DNA from: Nymphaea colorata | Taxonomy: Eukaryota | Assembly: GCF_008831285.2 (NCBI RefSeq) | Contig: NC_045138.2 | Coordinates: 26,722,001-26,786,000, forward strand | Direction of reading: 5' to 3' | DNA length: 64,000 bases | In this document: in pieces, positions 1 to 12,300 of the stretch | Layout of the letters: each line of letters starts with the position of its first letter | Position numbering within the stretch: position 1 is the first letter of the stretch | Program-made: the position numbers and the translations under genes | The notes under the pieces: generated by a model | Told to the model about the DNA's origin: nothing | Database searches by the model: none | The model's input: only the letters and a program-made list of their open reading frames with translations

Positions 1-3000
1 GGCTTCTGCAAGCATAGATTCAGAAATGCCTGACCATGAAAACGATCAAAATTGTTGCCTCAATAGGATAAACGAGAGAATCTCTAATATAGTTGATTCA
101 AGAATTGCTGTTCATGCTTCCAATTTGTCTGAAAGGAGGCCTGACAATGGTGCTATCAATGGGGACAGACCCACGGATAAAATTGATGAAACAGGAGGAT
201 GTGTTATCCTGCAAAATTGTCAAGAAAATATAAAGGGCCAAGATGTAAGCGAAAGAGAGATGGTCAAAAGCAGCAAGCATGACATGGTCAAGTCTTTTGA
301 TGGAAAAATAAGCCCGGCATTTGCAGACTGGGAAATCCCATGGGAAGATCTTCAAATTGGTGAAAGAATTGGGCTTGGTAAGCAGTTGAAAGTTCATGAC
401 TGTCTGCAAGTCAAGGCATCCTCTCATTTTGGTTTCTGCATCAGTTGATGATGTTGACTCAATTTTCACCCATTACTTTATGTGCTTGAGATAGCACCTG
501 CGGGTTCTCTGGTTCTGATTATTATCTCAATAATATTAAGAGCCAAACATAACTCTCTAAGAAAACCTCCAGTTCGGATGGTTTGTGTTTGTGCATGCAT
601 GCATATACATGGAGCCATACTTGTCGCTGGCTTCTGTTACTTTCATGTTCATGTTAACCTTCCCTTGTGGTACTTGGATTCTACTAATTGATTTGATGGA
701 TTTAGAAAATTGTGTTGCTTCCTCTTATATGAATATTTGATTGCGTTTATATTTTCAGGTTCTTATGGCGAGGTTTATCATGCAGATTGGAATGGCACTG
801 TGAGCATCTAACTTTATGTACTATATAGTTTGTCCATACAGTTACATCTTTCATAAAGTTCACTAGTTCTATTCATGTTTTTGAAGTTTCAGTGTTATGT
901 AACACATCTAGAATCTGGTGAAGGGACTAATATTCCAATTCACGCTGGTTTGTCTCTGATGTGCCCAAGGTCAGGGCTTTCAGTGACCATGGTTGGTGTA
1001 ATAGGCTGGCCATTTTTAGACCCAAATGTAAAACAAAAGAAAAAGAAAAAGAAAGAAGCTGATAGGGATTAGGATGCAACCCTGTTGACAATACTGTGAG
1101 AAACATAATATAGCTGAAAAAATAAGGCATCAATGTGCATTTTGCTCAAAATATGATGCAAAAATCTGATATTAAAGCTGATAAACCTGTACTAAATTAG
1201 TCAATGTGTGAAGGACATGGGAATTGCAATAATTTTCTTCTTCAAATTAGTCTGGTAACTGGATGGTCCGGATGTTTTTCAAGGTGCATTTGTTGTAATA
1301 TGGATACCTTTTCCTCGTCAATTTTTAGAAATCTTCTCCCGACCTTTATTTCCCAGTTTGATTTATTATTTGAGTTTCATATCCTAGATATTACTATATT
1401 ACTACAGAGTATAGTCACAGAAAACACATTAAAAAAAAACGCGAAAAGACGCGATAAATTAACTAGCCGTTTAAAAGTAAAAAAAAAAAAAACGCATTTT
1501 TTTGAAAAAAACATTAAAAACGAAAAAACGTGTTAACCCGTTTTTTCATTTTCTATTTTTTATCTGTTGCAAATCTACTTATCTTTTGATGTTTGTGTTA
1601 TTAGTTTCTCACTTATTTTATTTTCCCCCTATTTTTAGTTTTTTTAAAATTTTAAAAATTTACCGTTTTTTTCTCGTTTTTTTCAAGCTCACCGTATGAT
1701 ACCCGAGAAAAACCTTGCCGTTTAAAACTCCGAAACGTTATTTGTAACTATGCTACAGAGTACAAACTAAATATATATTCTGGTAAAGTATATACAGCAT
1801 CTTTGCTTTATACATGTCATTTCATTACTTGAAAGTTGGATATCTTTCTTTTAATATTTATTTCATAAACTGTTGCAGGAGGTTGCCGTTAAGAAATTCT
1901 TGGACCAAGATCTCTCAGGGGATGCAATTCAGCAATTTAAATGTGAAGTAAGACGTCCTGTGAATTATTCTGTATTCATCATCTGATTTTTCTTTGTTTA
2001 CCTAAGAAACACATGGCTTTGATGTTGTTTGATGGCTAATCTACAAAAAGGAAAAATCAGGAGGCAATTACCAATTAGCACTGGAGCATGTCCTTAGTGG
2101 TATTAACCCTTTATGGTGCATCAGAAAATGCATCTGCTTCCAACTTGATCGCTATAACCGGAATCTGGTAATTTTACAGGTGGAGATCATGCTAAGGCTG
2201 AGGCATCCAAATGTCGTCCTCTTTATGGGAGCAGTAACACATCCTCCAAATCTATCAATATTAACAGAATTTCTACCAAGGCATGTAGATTTTTTCATTC
2301 AATGTGAACTATGTGGCTTATTTGACAGAGTTTGAATTTAAAGATTGTGTATCATGAAATTGAAATGCAGGGGGAGTTTGTTCAGACTTTTACACCGCTC
2401 GAATGTTCAAATTGATGAGAAAAGACGGCTAAAGATGGCTTTTGATGTGGTTAAAATTCATACCCAGGATATGTTTTCATGATATTTCTTTTCTGGCCTC
2501 ATTAAGGCTTATTAAGAACTTTTTTGCAGGCTAAGGGAATGAACTACCTGCATACAAGCCACCCGACAATTGTGCATCGGGATCTTAAGTCCCCAAATCT
2601 TCTTGTTGATAGGAACTGGGTAGTTAAGGTTGGTCAGTACCTAGTTATTGAAATATATTGTACTTTCAAGTAGTCTGCTTTACAGTTTGTGCTTAATAGA
2701 ATGTCGCGTCTTCCAAATTCTTTTTATGCTTATTGCTTGATAAGTTTCATTTGACCCCAAAAGTTTACTGTAATGACTGGCCTTCCAAAATGTTTTCACC
2801 TCTCAATTGTGCTACATGGATGCAGCCATGGATGTGGGGATTCAGCAATTTTATATTTAAAGTATGACTGTTATAATAGGTCATTCAATGCTTGAGTTAA
2901 AGTGGCAAACCCATGTGTCATTCAGCTTTTTACTACTAAGTTTATTAATTTCAGTTAACAAACACATATTCCATACAGTAACTTCCATGAAATTTGTACA

Positions 3001-6000
3001 CAAAAAGGGACTTGTAAGTCTAATTAATGGCCTTTTCAAATTTTACTTTTCTATTTGAGTCCCACGTATTTTTTCCAGATATTGGAGACGGTGCTAATAC
3101 TATGCTGGCACCACCTACTTTGAGACCTTTTGGACGTAGTGGTAGCCAATTTAAGTATATATAAACCATATATGCATACTTGCACCCACCTCATGTGCTC
3201 GTCAATGCATATCTAACAAGGATATCAGCTTGATTATGAGTCAGAGAGACAAAGCCAACCAGCAGAAGAATCTCTATTAGCCTATGTATAATCTTCCAAG
3301 ACTGTTACTTGTACTAAACATATCTAATGGTGTTCTTTCTTTTCAAATACCTCTCCAACTTTGAACTTTGATTGGGCACAGCTGAAAGAGTTTCTTAAAT
3401 AAATTCATACATGAAAGAGGCTTAAGGGATTAATTGATGCCAATATCAAAATTAAACTCTTTGATATGGACTTGATTCAAGTATAAAAATGTTTGCCTGC
3501 TTTGGAACCTTGGAGAGAAGCAGAGTAAGCCTCATGCGTGGGTGCATATATTTGTGTTTTTTCATGCACACATTTGTGCATGTATTTCTTGTTCCTGGGA
3601 GTAAACTAAGAAATGTAGAATATAGTGGACAAAAGCTAAAAGGTTGGTGGCTTTAGTAATCTTAAATAGAAGGCTGGCATGTATTTCTTTGAATAGAGAT
3701 CAGCTGCTCAGCTGAGTCACCCATCCATGTCAGCGATTCATGTGACTATCAGATAATCAGTATGCTGCTGTGCATCTGCATCAGGTACACTGACAGCCAA
3801 ATGAATGCTTGTGATGTGTGGCCAAACTCTTAAGGCTGCTCATGGATGACCCATTCTCTAATTTGTATTCCTTCTGATCCCTTGAAAATTCTCATTTCAT
3901 TTGCAACTCTTTTCTGAAGTTGGCTTCTGTCTGGTTAGTGGTAAAGTTTGAGGCCATTACATCCTGTGCTTCCAAGATGTGATCGTGTAAATGATGACGC
4001 TACAGTGCTGGTCCTTCATGCTGTTGAATGATTCACATCATGTGTTGCTCGACTAATTTTGGGAAATTTATGAATTACTTTTTTGCAATGAGTAACCTCT
4101 AGAACAATCTATCTACACCAATCCCAGTCTTTGATAAGTCCGGCTGCAAAAAGGTAAATGCAAAGGATGAAAATATTGTTGTGAATCTTATGCCATTCAT
4201 AAAAAAAAAGGCCAAATTACAATATGTAACTTCCAGAAATGCTGGTAGGAATTTGGAGATAACTTGGAGAACCAGTTTTCCTTCCTAGACATCTGGGAGG
4301 TAAATTTCAGAAAAGGTTGTTCTTTCTTTTCTTTCCTAGACATAGTGCACTAGTCCTTTTATAAGCCTACATATTCAATCAGCTTCAAGAATTTACCCGT
4401 TCAACTTCTGTCTTTCTATCATTTCCATACAGGCATACACTGCTAAGTTTACCTGTAAATCATTTCATATCTGTGTTTTCTCTCATATTTCTATTGAATT
4501 CTCTTCAAATCAATCAAAGCATGTTTTTGCTTTTTATTCATTGAGGAGTACAACTGTACAATGTAGAATCTATATGTTACACTGAATTGATTTGTTGGAT
4601 GCTAAACACTATTGCGGTGGCTGACAAATTCCTTGAGCTTACTTGCTAATTTTTGAGAATGTGCAGGTCTGTGATTTTGGCTTATCGCGACTAAAACACC
4701 ACACTTTTTTATCCTCAAAATCCACAGCTGGAACAGTACGTGCATTTTTGTTGTTTTTGCTTTTGTATATTTGCTCTGGACAGGCTTAGATGAACATCTT
4801 AGGAGCTGGTTTCTACATTTTTTTTCTGTTTTTGTCTCTCTTTGTTCGCGGATAACAGTAATGGTCTGTAGGCGTTTTTTAAATGTCTAAATGGGGCAAC
4901 ATCTTGGTTTAAAGAATAGGAAAAAATATTGTTTAGCATCTCCTCCTGTTACCAGTGACCATTCATTTTTGCAAAGTAGATGCTTATTGCTTAGCTTGCT
5001 AGACGTAATATCAGTCAAATGATTTGTGGTTGCAATTCTTGGCATTTCTTTCTGTAAACGTGTGGTTTCCTGTTGCAAGCCTGCTTTATAGATTTTCAGA
5101 AGACTAAGATTTTGATTTTTCATAACTATTATATCTTCTGACAAGGAAGAAAAACTGAAAAAGCATATTAAAAGTTGAACTTTACTGTTAAACTGCAGCC
5201 TGAGTGGATGGCACCGGAGGTCTTAAGGAACGAACCATCCAATGAAAAGTGAGTGAAACAAATAGAAAGATCATGGGAACTTTTCCTCACAAGTCAGGTT
5301 ATAACTGTCTTTCATAGAACTGAACATGATGCTGCCTTTCTTCTCAGATGTGATGTATATAGTTTTGGCGTGATATTATGGGAGTTGGCTACATTACGTA
5401 TCCCATGGAGCGGAATGAATCCAATGCAGGTTGTTGGAGCTGTTGGGTTCCAAAACAGACACCTCGATATTCCAGAAGAGGTCCACCCAATGGTTGCAAA
5501 AGTAATACGTGATTGTTGGCAAAGGTAGGCTAAGTTTTTGTAAATCAATTCATCACTCCCTGAAGTCTTCTCTTTCTCTATTTCAGTTCCCTCTAATCTT
5601 ATCTTCTTTCATATGGTTGTATAACCACGGTTTGCTTGTTGAGCATAGTTCCACCATGGCAGAGTCATATACATTTGAGTTCTGTTATTCAAATTATTTT
5701 GGTACTGCCAACAAGATCTCTGTCCACTTAGCTATGGTTACCTTGAGTTGAAGAAGGTTCGCATATCACTGTTGGCATAATCTGGTAGGTGTCTGGTCTG
5801 CCTAGACCGAGCTTGCCTATCAAAAAAAAAAAAAAGGAGAAAAAAAAATGTTTTGCACCGGCTGCTGTATATGCTGGGCGGGACATACAGAATTTCACTG
5901 ACTTGTTCTGGCAATTTAAACAGATGATTTTCATGCTTGATTCTTTTATAGGACTGTTTGATTTATCACTCTCAAAAAACTGTTGGATCTCCTAAGCTTT

Positions 6001-6100
6001 TTGTCTCTGGTTTTGTAGTGATCCAAGTCAGCGTCCTTCCTTTGCCCAGCTTCTGGCTCCACTGAAGCAACTTCGACAACTAATTGTAGGGAACACTTAA
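1..6100 (+). CDS. Group-B3 Raf-like MAP kinase kinase kinase (EDR1/CTR1/SIS8 family; most like the Arabidopsis At5g11850/RAF3 type), 5'-partial
   Basis: Manually spliced exons: <1-377, 759-799, 1879-1947, 2180-2280, 2371-2449, 2530-2628, 4667-4735, 5199-5248, 5348-5524, 6019-6100 (TAA). They give [37 protein letters not shown]...[21 protein letters not shown]...[12 protein letters not shown]...[53 protein letters not shown]...QRPSFAQL. All kinase subdomains are intact. All introns are GT-AG except 2281-2370 (GC-AG). Confidence 0.95.
1410..1752. mobile_element. Non-autonomous hAT-like MITE in a kinase intron (800-1878)
   Basis: Perfect 8-bp direct flanks CTACAGAG (1402-1409 and 1753-1760). 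Imperfect TIRs TATAGTCACA...TGTAACTATG and an A/T-rich interior. A reverse-orientation relative lies at 22194-22605. Confidence 0.8.
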
Positions 6101-6725
6101 ACTTTGCAGTTGGCCCAGGGAGGGGCAGCTTTAATTGCCTTTGCATATTTCGTCCATTGCGATCTTGTCGTTTGGGTTTTGATGCAGTAAGAAGCGCAGA
6201 TGGTCTCAAAGAAGTTTTAGCAGATTATTTGAAGCTTAGTGCTTGAAAGCACGTCTGCAGCACCTCAAGTTCCAACTGCTTCAGATGATTTTTTTTTTTC
6301 CTTCTTTCTGTCCACAGTGCGAAGCATGGTGGGTCAGTGGAATAGAATTACCAGAATGGTATGAAAGGTGATGAATGTGAGACTAACAGGAAAAAATAAT
6401 AGCTAGTAAATAACAAATAAATAAAAAGGTAATGGTGAGAGGTTAAGGGGACATAGATCAGAGAAACAGAAGGAAAACAAGGCGAACAAAAGAGTACTTG
6501 AGCCGAAAAGCCTAAAGTGTACACAGTTTGATGTGATTGTTTTTTCATCAATATTAGCGTAGGAAATGCACAAGCCGCATTCCTATGTTTTAAGCATTTA
6601 TGCATGTAAGGTATCAGATAACAGGTGTACAGATCAAATGTGATTATTGCTTGTCTGAATATTTCCGCAGGAATGCATAAGTGGCAGTCCTGTGTTATTT
6701 ATTCTATACAAGAATTGTACTGGAT

Positions 6726-6726
<1 letters not shown>

Positions 6727-6782
<56 letters not shown>
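6727..6782. repeat. Compound (CT)n(AT)n microsatellite
   Basis: Directly visible. Confidence 0.9.
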
Positions 6783-6784
<2 letters not shown>

Positions 6785-9306
6785 TATTATGCATTATTAA
6801 TCCCCTGCTGTTGCACGATAGCATTACCACAATTACCACAACGACAGCCAATTGTCATCATCATCACCATAAATGCAGTTACCATAACCATCATCGTAGA
6901 CATATTAACCATCACCACCAACACTATTGCAGCGTCAATCAGCTAACCTTTCAGGTGCTCGTAGCAGCAACTTCCTTATTGCGTTGATTTACTATCACTT
7001 GTGAACGAATGTTGGTGTTTGTCCTGCACCGTGCCCCAGCCTATGGTCCTCTGGTCTTCTTGCTGAAGCCTCCCAGGCCCTTATCCCGCAAGTCTAAACA
7101 GTCCACAAGATACAAGGGAAGAAATGCGGACCTACGTCAAGAAGGTATTGGAAAAGCACCACATACCAGCACATATCTCCTCAGGAAAATGTGATTCTAA
7201 TCTACCAACTTCCACCTTAGTCTGCAATATGAAAGGCACCAATGATAGATCAGCCGAAGGCTCCCAGTATCAAGAAACAAAGCCTCGAATCGTTGAAAAA
7301 AACCGAAATTCTTCTTTACCAATAAAATGCTTTTGCTATGTCCTTTCAAAATTATGTCAGATATTCTATTCTTTGCTTGAATGGATGCCCTCATCGTTCA
7401 TTATGGAATTTGCGAATTCGCTCCTTTGAGTCCATGGGTGCAGTTCTTTTTCCCAACAAAAATTTTGCTGCAAGGATTTTTGTCACCACTTTATGCGCCA
7501 TGTTACAAGTGCAATTGGGCTAACTGCCCAACATTTATGTTGCATCACTACTTCAATTCCATTGGTTTAGGAATGTCCTGAGCTAAACTCCCTACCATCT
7601 CTCTCTGTCAGGCTGATTGCACCGTCTTCACTGGATAAGAATTACATGGTTAGTAGCCATGTTAAACTTCACAAAGTTGGGTGTGTTCCCATATCCACAG
7701 CCTACATGACAAAGCAAAGTCTTCCACGCCTTCCCACCTCGAGTATTTTAACATGGGCCACGCCACACCAATCTTGGTGTCTCGTATCATCAAAATTCAA
7801 TGACAAATACTTCAAAATCAATGTTCAAATCACTGTCAACCGTCTAAGCCATCTGGATAAATGACTTGTCTCTCTCCCAAATTGCATTTTTAACCACCTC
7901 TGAGAATGCGTTCAAACAAAGAAGCCAGATGCAGCCCAAAAGGGAAAAGAAAAAAAATCAGCACCAAGTATGAGCAGGTAATAATGTTAAAGTCAGCTTG
8001 TAGAATAACACGGCCAGTGCTCTGAAAGCGTCACCACCGAAAATTCCAAGGAGCGCCTGAAGAGTGCTTTAATATGGGAAACATCAGGTCGGTATTGAGC
8101 CAGGACATTTTGTCTCCCCAATTCCCAGTTCTTCCCTTGGTTAGTCAGTCAGAGGTCCTGCTCAGCAGCACAACCGTCTGCCATTGCCAATGGTGCAGCC
8201 CAGCAGCTTCTTGACTTAACCAAATTTGAACAGGAGAGAAGATCTAGCAATGTCACACATCCAAGTCTTTATATTCCTTCTGATCTCCCCCTTTTCTTCA
8301 TTAGCGAGGACAGGTGCCTTCATGCACCTGGCTGTTTCCAAGTCATCCCTGCCAGTTACCCTTTGAAACGAACTAGGATGCCCCCTTATTGGCCCAGAAT
8401 AAAAGTAATGGAGCTGTGACCTGAAATTTTTCTTCATTGTAAGCAGAAAGCTATCCAGCTTCTGTAGACATGGATCGGACATATTATTATAGCAGATTAT
8501 GTCCAAAAAAATCTTCAAAGCACACATGGAAGGGCCTCTATTGATGAGTCACCATCCCCATAAGTGATGGCTACTAAATAAGGAGTTAAAATGCCTCCAG
8601 ATACAGCACGGTGGAGAAATTCTTTAATCCAGCTGATTTAGCTCTAATCAAATAAACCCTTTCTAGTCCCGGTAAATATATTCAGAAACCACAAAAGTAC
8701 CAGTAACTAATTCATACTAATCAACAGCTTAAGTTAGTTACGACTAAAATCTGCAATTTGTGTTAAAAAGGAGCCAACAAATAGCAGAAGCAAATCAGCC
8801 AGCAACAAGTTGGACCTTTTTTGCAATGGAGGCATTCATATATGAACTCCCAACGCGATCAGGAACATGCCAAATATGATAGAAGGCCTGTTTAATATTA
8901 CAAAATACAGTTTATTCATATTTTTTCAAATAACAGATAAAGAAGAAACAGAAAATAGAGACACAACCCTACAGAAATATGAACTCGAGAAAAAAACAAA
9001 ACCCTCAATTAACAAGTGTAGGGTGTTAAGAGACTGAGACTAGTATCTTTTGGATATACACTTCTGTCAAACAAAAATATCTGGGGAATATACATCAGGG
9101 ACATGAGACACATGCATGAGGATGTCCAATTGAAGTAGACTAAATATTTCTTTGGAAGAGAAACTACCGAACTCGAGTGATAGTGAGAACCTGGAACACC
9201 TAACAATCTGCTCTTTTAGTTGACAGTTACCAGTAACCAAGTTTTCTTGGCCTGAGTGGTCATAGAGGTTCTTAACATAAGAAAATAGAGGCCTGATGCA
9301 TTCCCA

Positions 9307-12300
9307 TTATGTAGAACTCTTACAAGCTACCATTTTTGTTGTCCTCTTTAATTTACTTCGATGTATATGCAGCGCCTTCTGAGAACTGTGTCTGACTTTC
9401 TTCTTGTTCATATTTTGACAAATAGGTCTAGAAGAGAACTCTGAAGTAGACAGATGTGAGAATGCCTGCCTAGACTTTCTTGAGGATTTCGGCCCTTTCT
9501 CTGCCACAATAGAATGGTCAAATACAACTCTTTCATCACCGATTAATCTACCATCAGGAACAAAAATTCGGCTTCTCCTTGGCAAAGAGTTCTCATCATC
9601 TGAAAGAATCTCTTCTTCAAATTCCACATTTGAAGCTTCCTGCAATGTGGGGTCCAGATAAGACATGAGCATTCTTATGCATGAGTTCTTTATTGTTTTG
9701 CAGAGAAATATAGGAGCATGTGAAACGTGATTATATAAATTTTAGAAGTATTTCTCAATTTGTAATTTTGTATATCATTGAGAAATACTGATAAGTAAAT
9801 CTACCAGATGACAAGACTTTTTAAAACAAAATATTGAAAGAACAGTCACTCTTAGAAGGCAATGTTTAACCTGTTAATTTTTGCTGACATGATTTATAAT
9901 ATGAATGTTGTACTGACATGAAAACAGACACTATTGACATCTCCATTCAGGAATGCATAAAAATATAGTCCACATCTGCTACCCTTCACATACAAGCCAA
10001 ATATTCTCCTTCAGTGATCTCATTTTTATAATTTACATTCACATCCAGTTTCTCTCCTATAGATGCTTTCTGAGATTGGCAGTATACACTACATCCCAAA
10101 ATGCTAATATGCTACGGAAATTTCATGCAAAAGTATGTTTAAACAACTGATGCAGCAAATGAACCTTGAATCCTTCAAAGATTCACATTTCATATCATGA
10201 GATACTAGCAGAATCCAATAGAGGACCCATGAGCACATAATGTTTCTTGGGTCTTCAATAGTTCAGTGATGACTATTACTAGTATAATTCATGACTCTGT
10301 CTGGGTAGCCAATTTTTCTTGAGAGGAAGCTTTGTGAATTATGGTTACATGATAAAGGACATTTATTTAGAAAAATCTGACATGTTCAGGACCTATCACT
10401 CTCATTTGTCAATCTAAGGTACACGAGCGAGGAACTCCTTATTATGATTGCTTTTCTGATTTCACATCAAGGTATCAAAGACAGTTAAAAGTGCATATAA
10501 GCATGGAACCATGCCTACAAAATTCCCCCAAATCCTAAGTCATAGAAATTTGTAGTTGTCTTAGTTCAGCACAAAATTGCTACATGGTTAGTGCACATGG
10601 TATTATTTTATAGTAAATTACAGGATATAATAAAACGCTAATTAGACAAAACAATCATCAACGACAGGACCTACAATTTACTCACTCTCCACCATAACAG
10701 AATATTCTTGCATGTGATAAAAAACAGTTATGCAAAAAATATTATCAAGATCATTAGTTTGTAAAATAGTCTGAAGTAAAAGAAAGAGAAAGGACATGCC
10801 TTACTCTGTGCAGTGCCCAGCTGACAATGATGTGATTCTTCTTCCGAATCAGCCATTTCTTCATGTTCAAACTCAACATTTTCTCTAATATCGTCCTCAG
10901 AGTCACTTAACTCTTCTTGCTCCATTACTATTTCTGAAAGGGCTTGATTATGCTGATGCACCTCTAGAGGTCCTTGTACATTAGGTTCTCCATGATCATC
11001 AGTTATAGACCTTCGTTCAGCAACAGCAACGCTTGAAACTGAGTGCACAAAGGAACCAAGTCCTGTATGCGATCCAGAAGGATGGCCTTCGTCATTGCAA
11101 GTCTGACTATCCTTTATGCTCCTACTGTCCTTGAGAGAGAGCAAGGGACGGTTAATTGTAATCCCATCAGCAACCATCCGATTGCCACCAAGATGCAAGT
11201 GGAAATCCAAATTTGGTTCATCACTTCTCTCATGACCACCTGACGAAGCACTTAGATTAATCACTTGTGACTTAGTTCCACAGGCATCTGACAAAACAGG
11301 AGCAGAGTCTGGACTGGCAGAACAATTAATCACTGGATGTGAATGACTGGTTGGTTCCTTGTCTACACTAACAGATCTTTGAAGAAGGGGATGAAAATCA
11401 ATGGTTTCCATACTAGAGGAGGAAAGGTTTGAGTGTGGAGCTGGATAATGTGGACCAGTTGTGCCAAGAGTTGGCCGCTTCTTAAACAAACTGCCCAACT
11501 GAAATGCATTTTCTGGGAAAGTGTTCCGCGATCTTGAGTTTATAACAGCATTATTTGGAAGATGGGGCCACGAACCTTCTCCAGGCATCTGGAAAAGTAA
11601 AGGATGCATTTGAAGGTCAGCTTCAGCACCATTTTCCGCCGAGGTACCTTGAACCATATTCTGATTCTCTGTGCACAACTTTCTATTACTAGAATAAACA
11701 GAACTAGCATTCCTGTCTTTTCCAACATTTGTGGAAGAGATCATTCCAGTATTTACAAAATGAGGTTCAGATATCTTAACGTTGGACTCTTTTCTATGTA
11801 CAGCATTTAGGTTACAGGAAGTTTCATGAGGGTAGCATCCAAAAGCTGCTTTAGGAATTATACGAACTGAAGGAGGGAGATTCACAGGAGGCAAATCAGG
11901 CGCTAACTTGACCAACTGGAGGCCACTGGTTTTACGCATGCGACATGGTCGCACACCCAGCCTACTCCTTGATGACTTCTCCTTACAGTCAGAAATCAAT
12001 TTCCTGGAAGACAGATAACAATCAGTCCACCTAATATTAGTGAAAGGTGGCATTTGTGTTGGAGTTTCAGAAGAAGGTGAAGCAGTGGCTGCAAAATGAT
12101 GCATGTAGGAATGTCCTTGTAAAGGATCTTTGCCTTGACCAGCTTGGGCATGGATGCCTTTCTTAGTAGAATTTGATTGTTCTTGCATGAGAGAAGCATC
12201 CAATTTATGAAAACCTAATCCCTCCTCTGAGATAGAAGCATCAACTTGGGAACGTCTTCCGCTGTCACTTACTTTAGCTGAAACTGGAAGTTCAGGTGAG

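Noticed and set aside
6625..6987. His/Thr/Ile-rich ORFs of 84-120 aa
   Set aside because: Translations of (CT)n(AT)n and degenerate CAT/CAC trinucleotide repeats.
7000..8600. Short ORFs between the convergent kinase and DUO3-like genes
   Set aside because: No recognisable protein motifs or coherent exon chain; probably UTR or intergenic.
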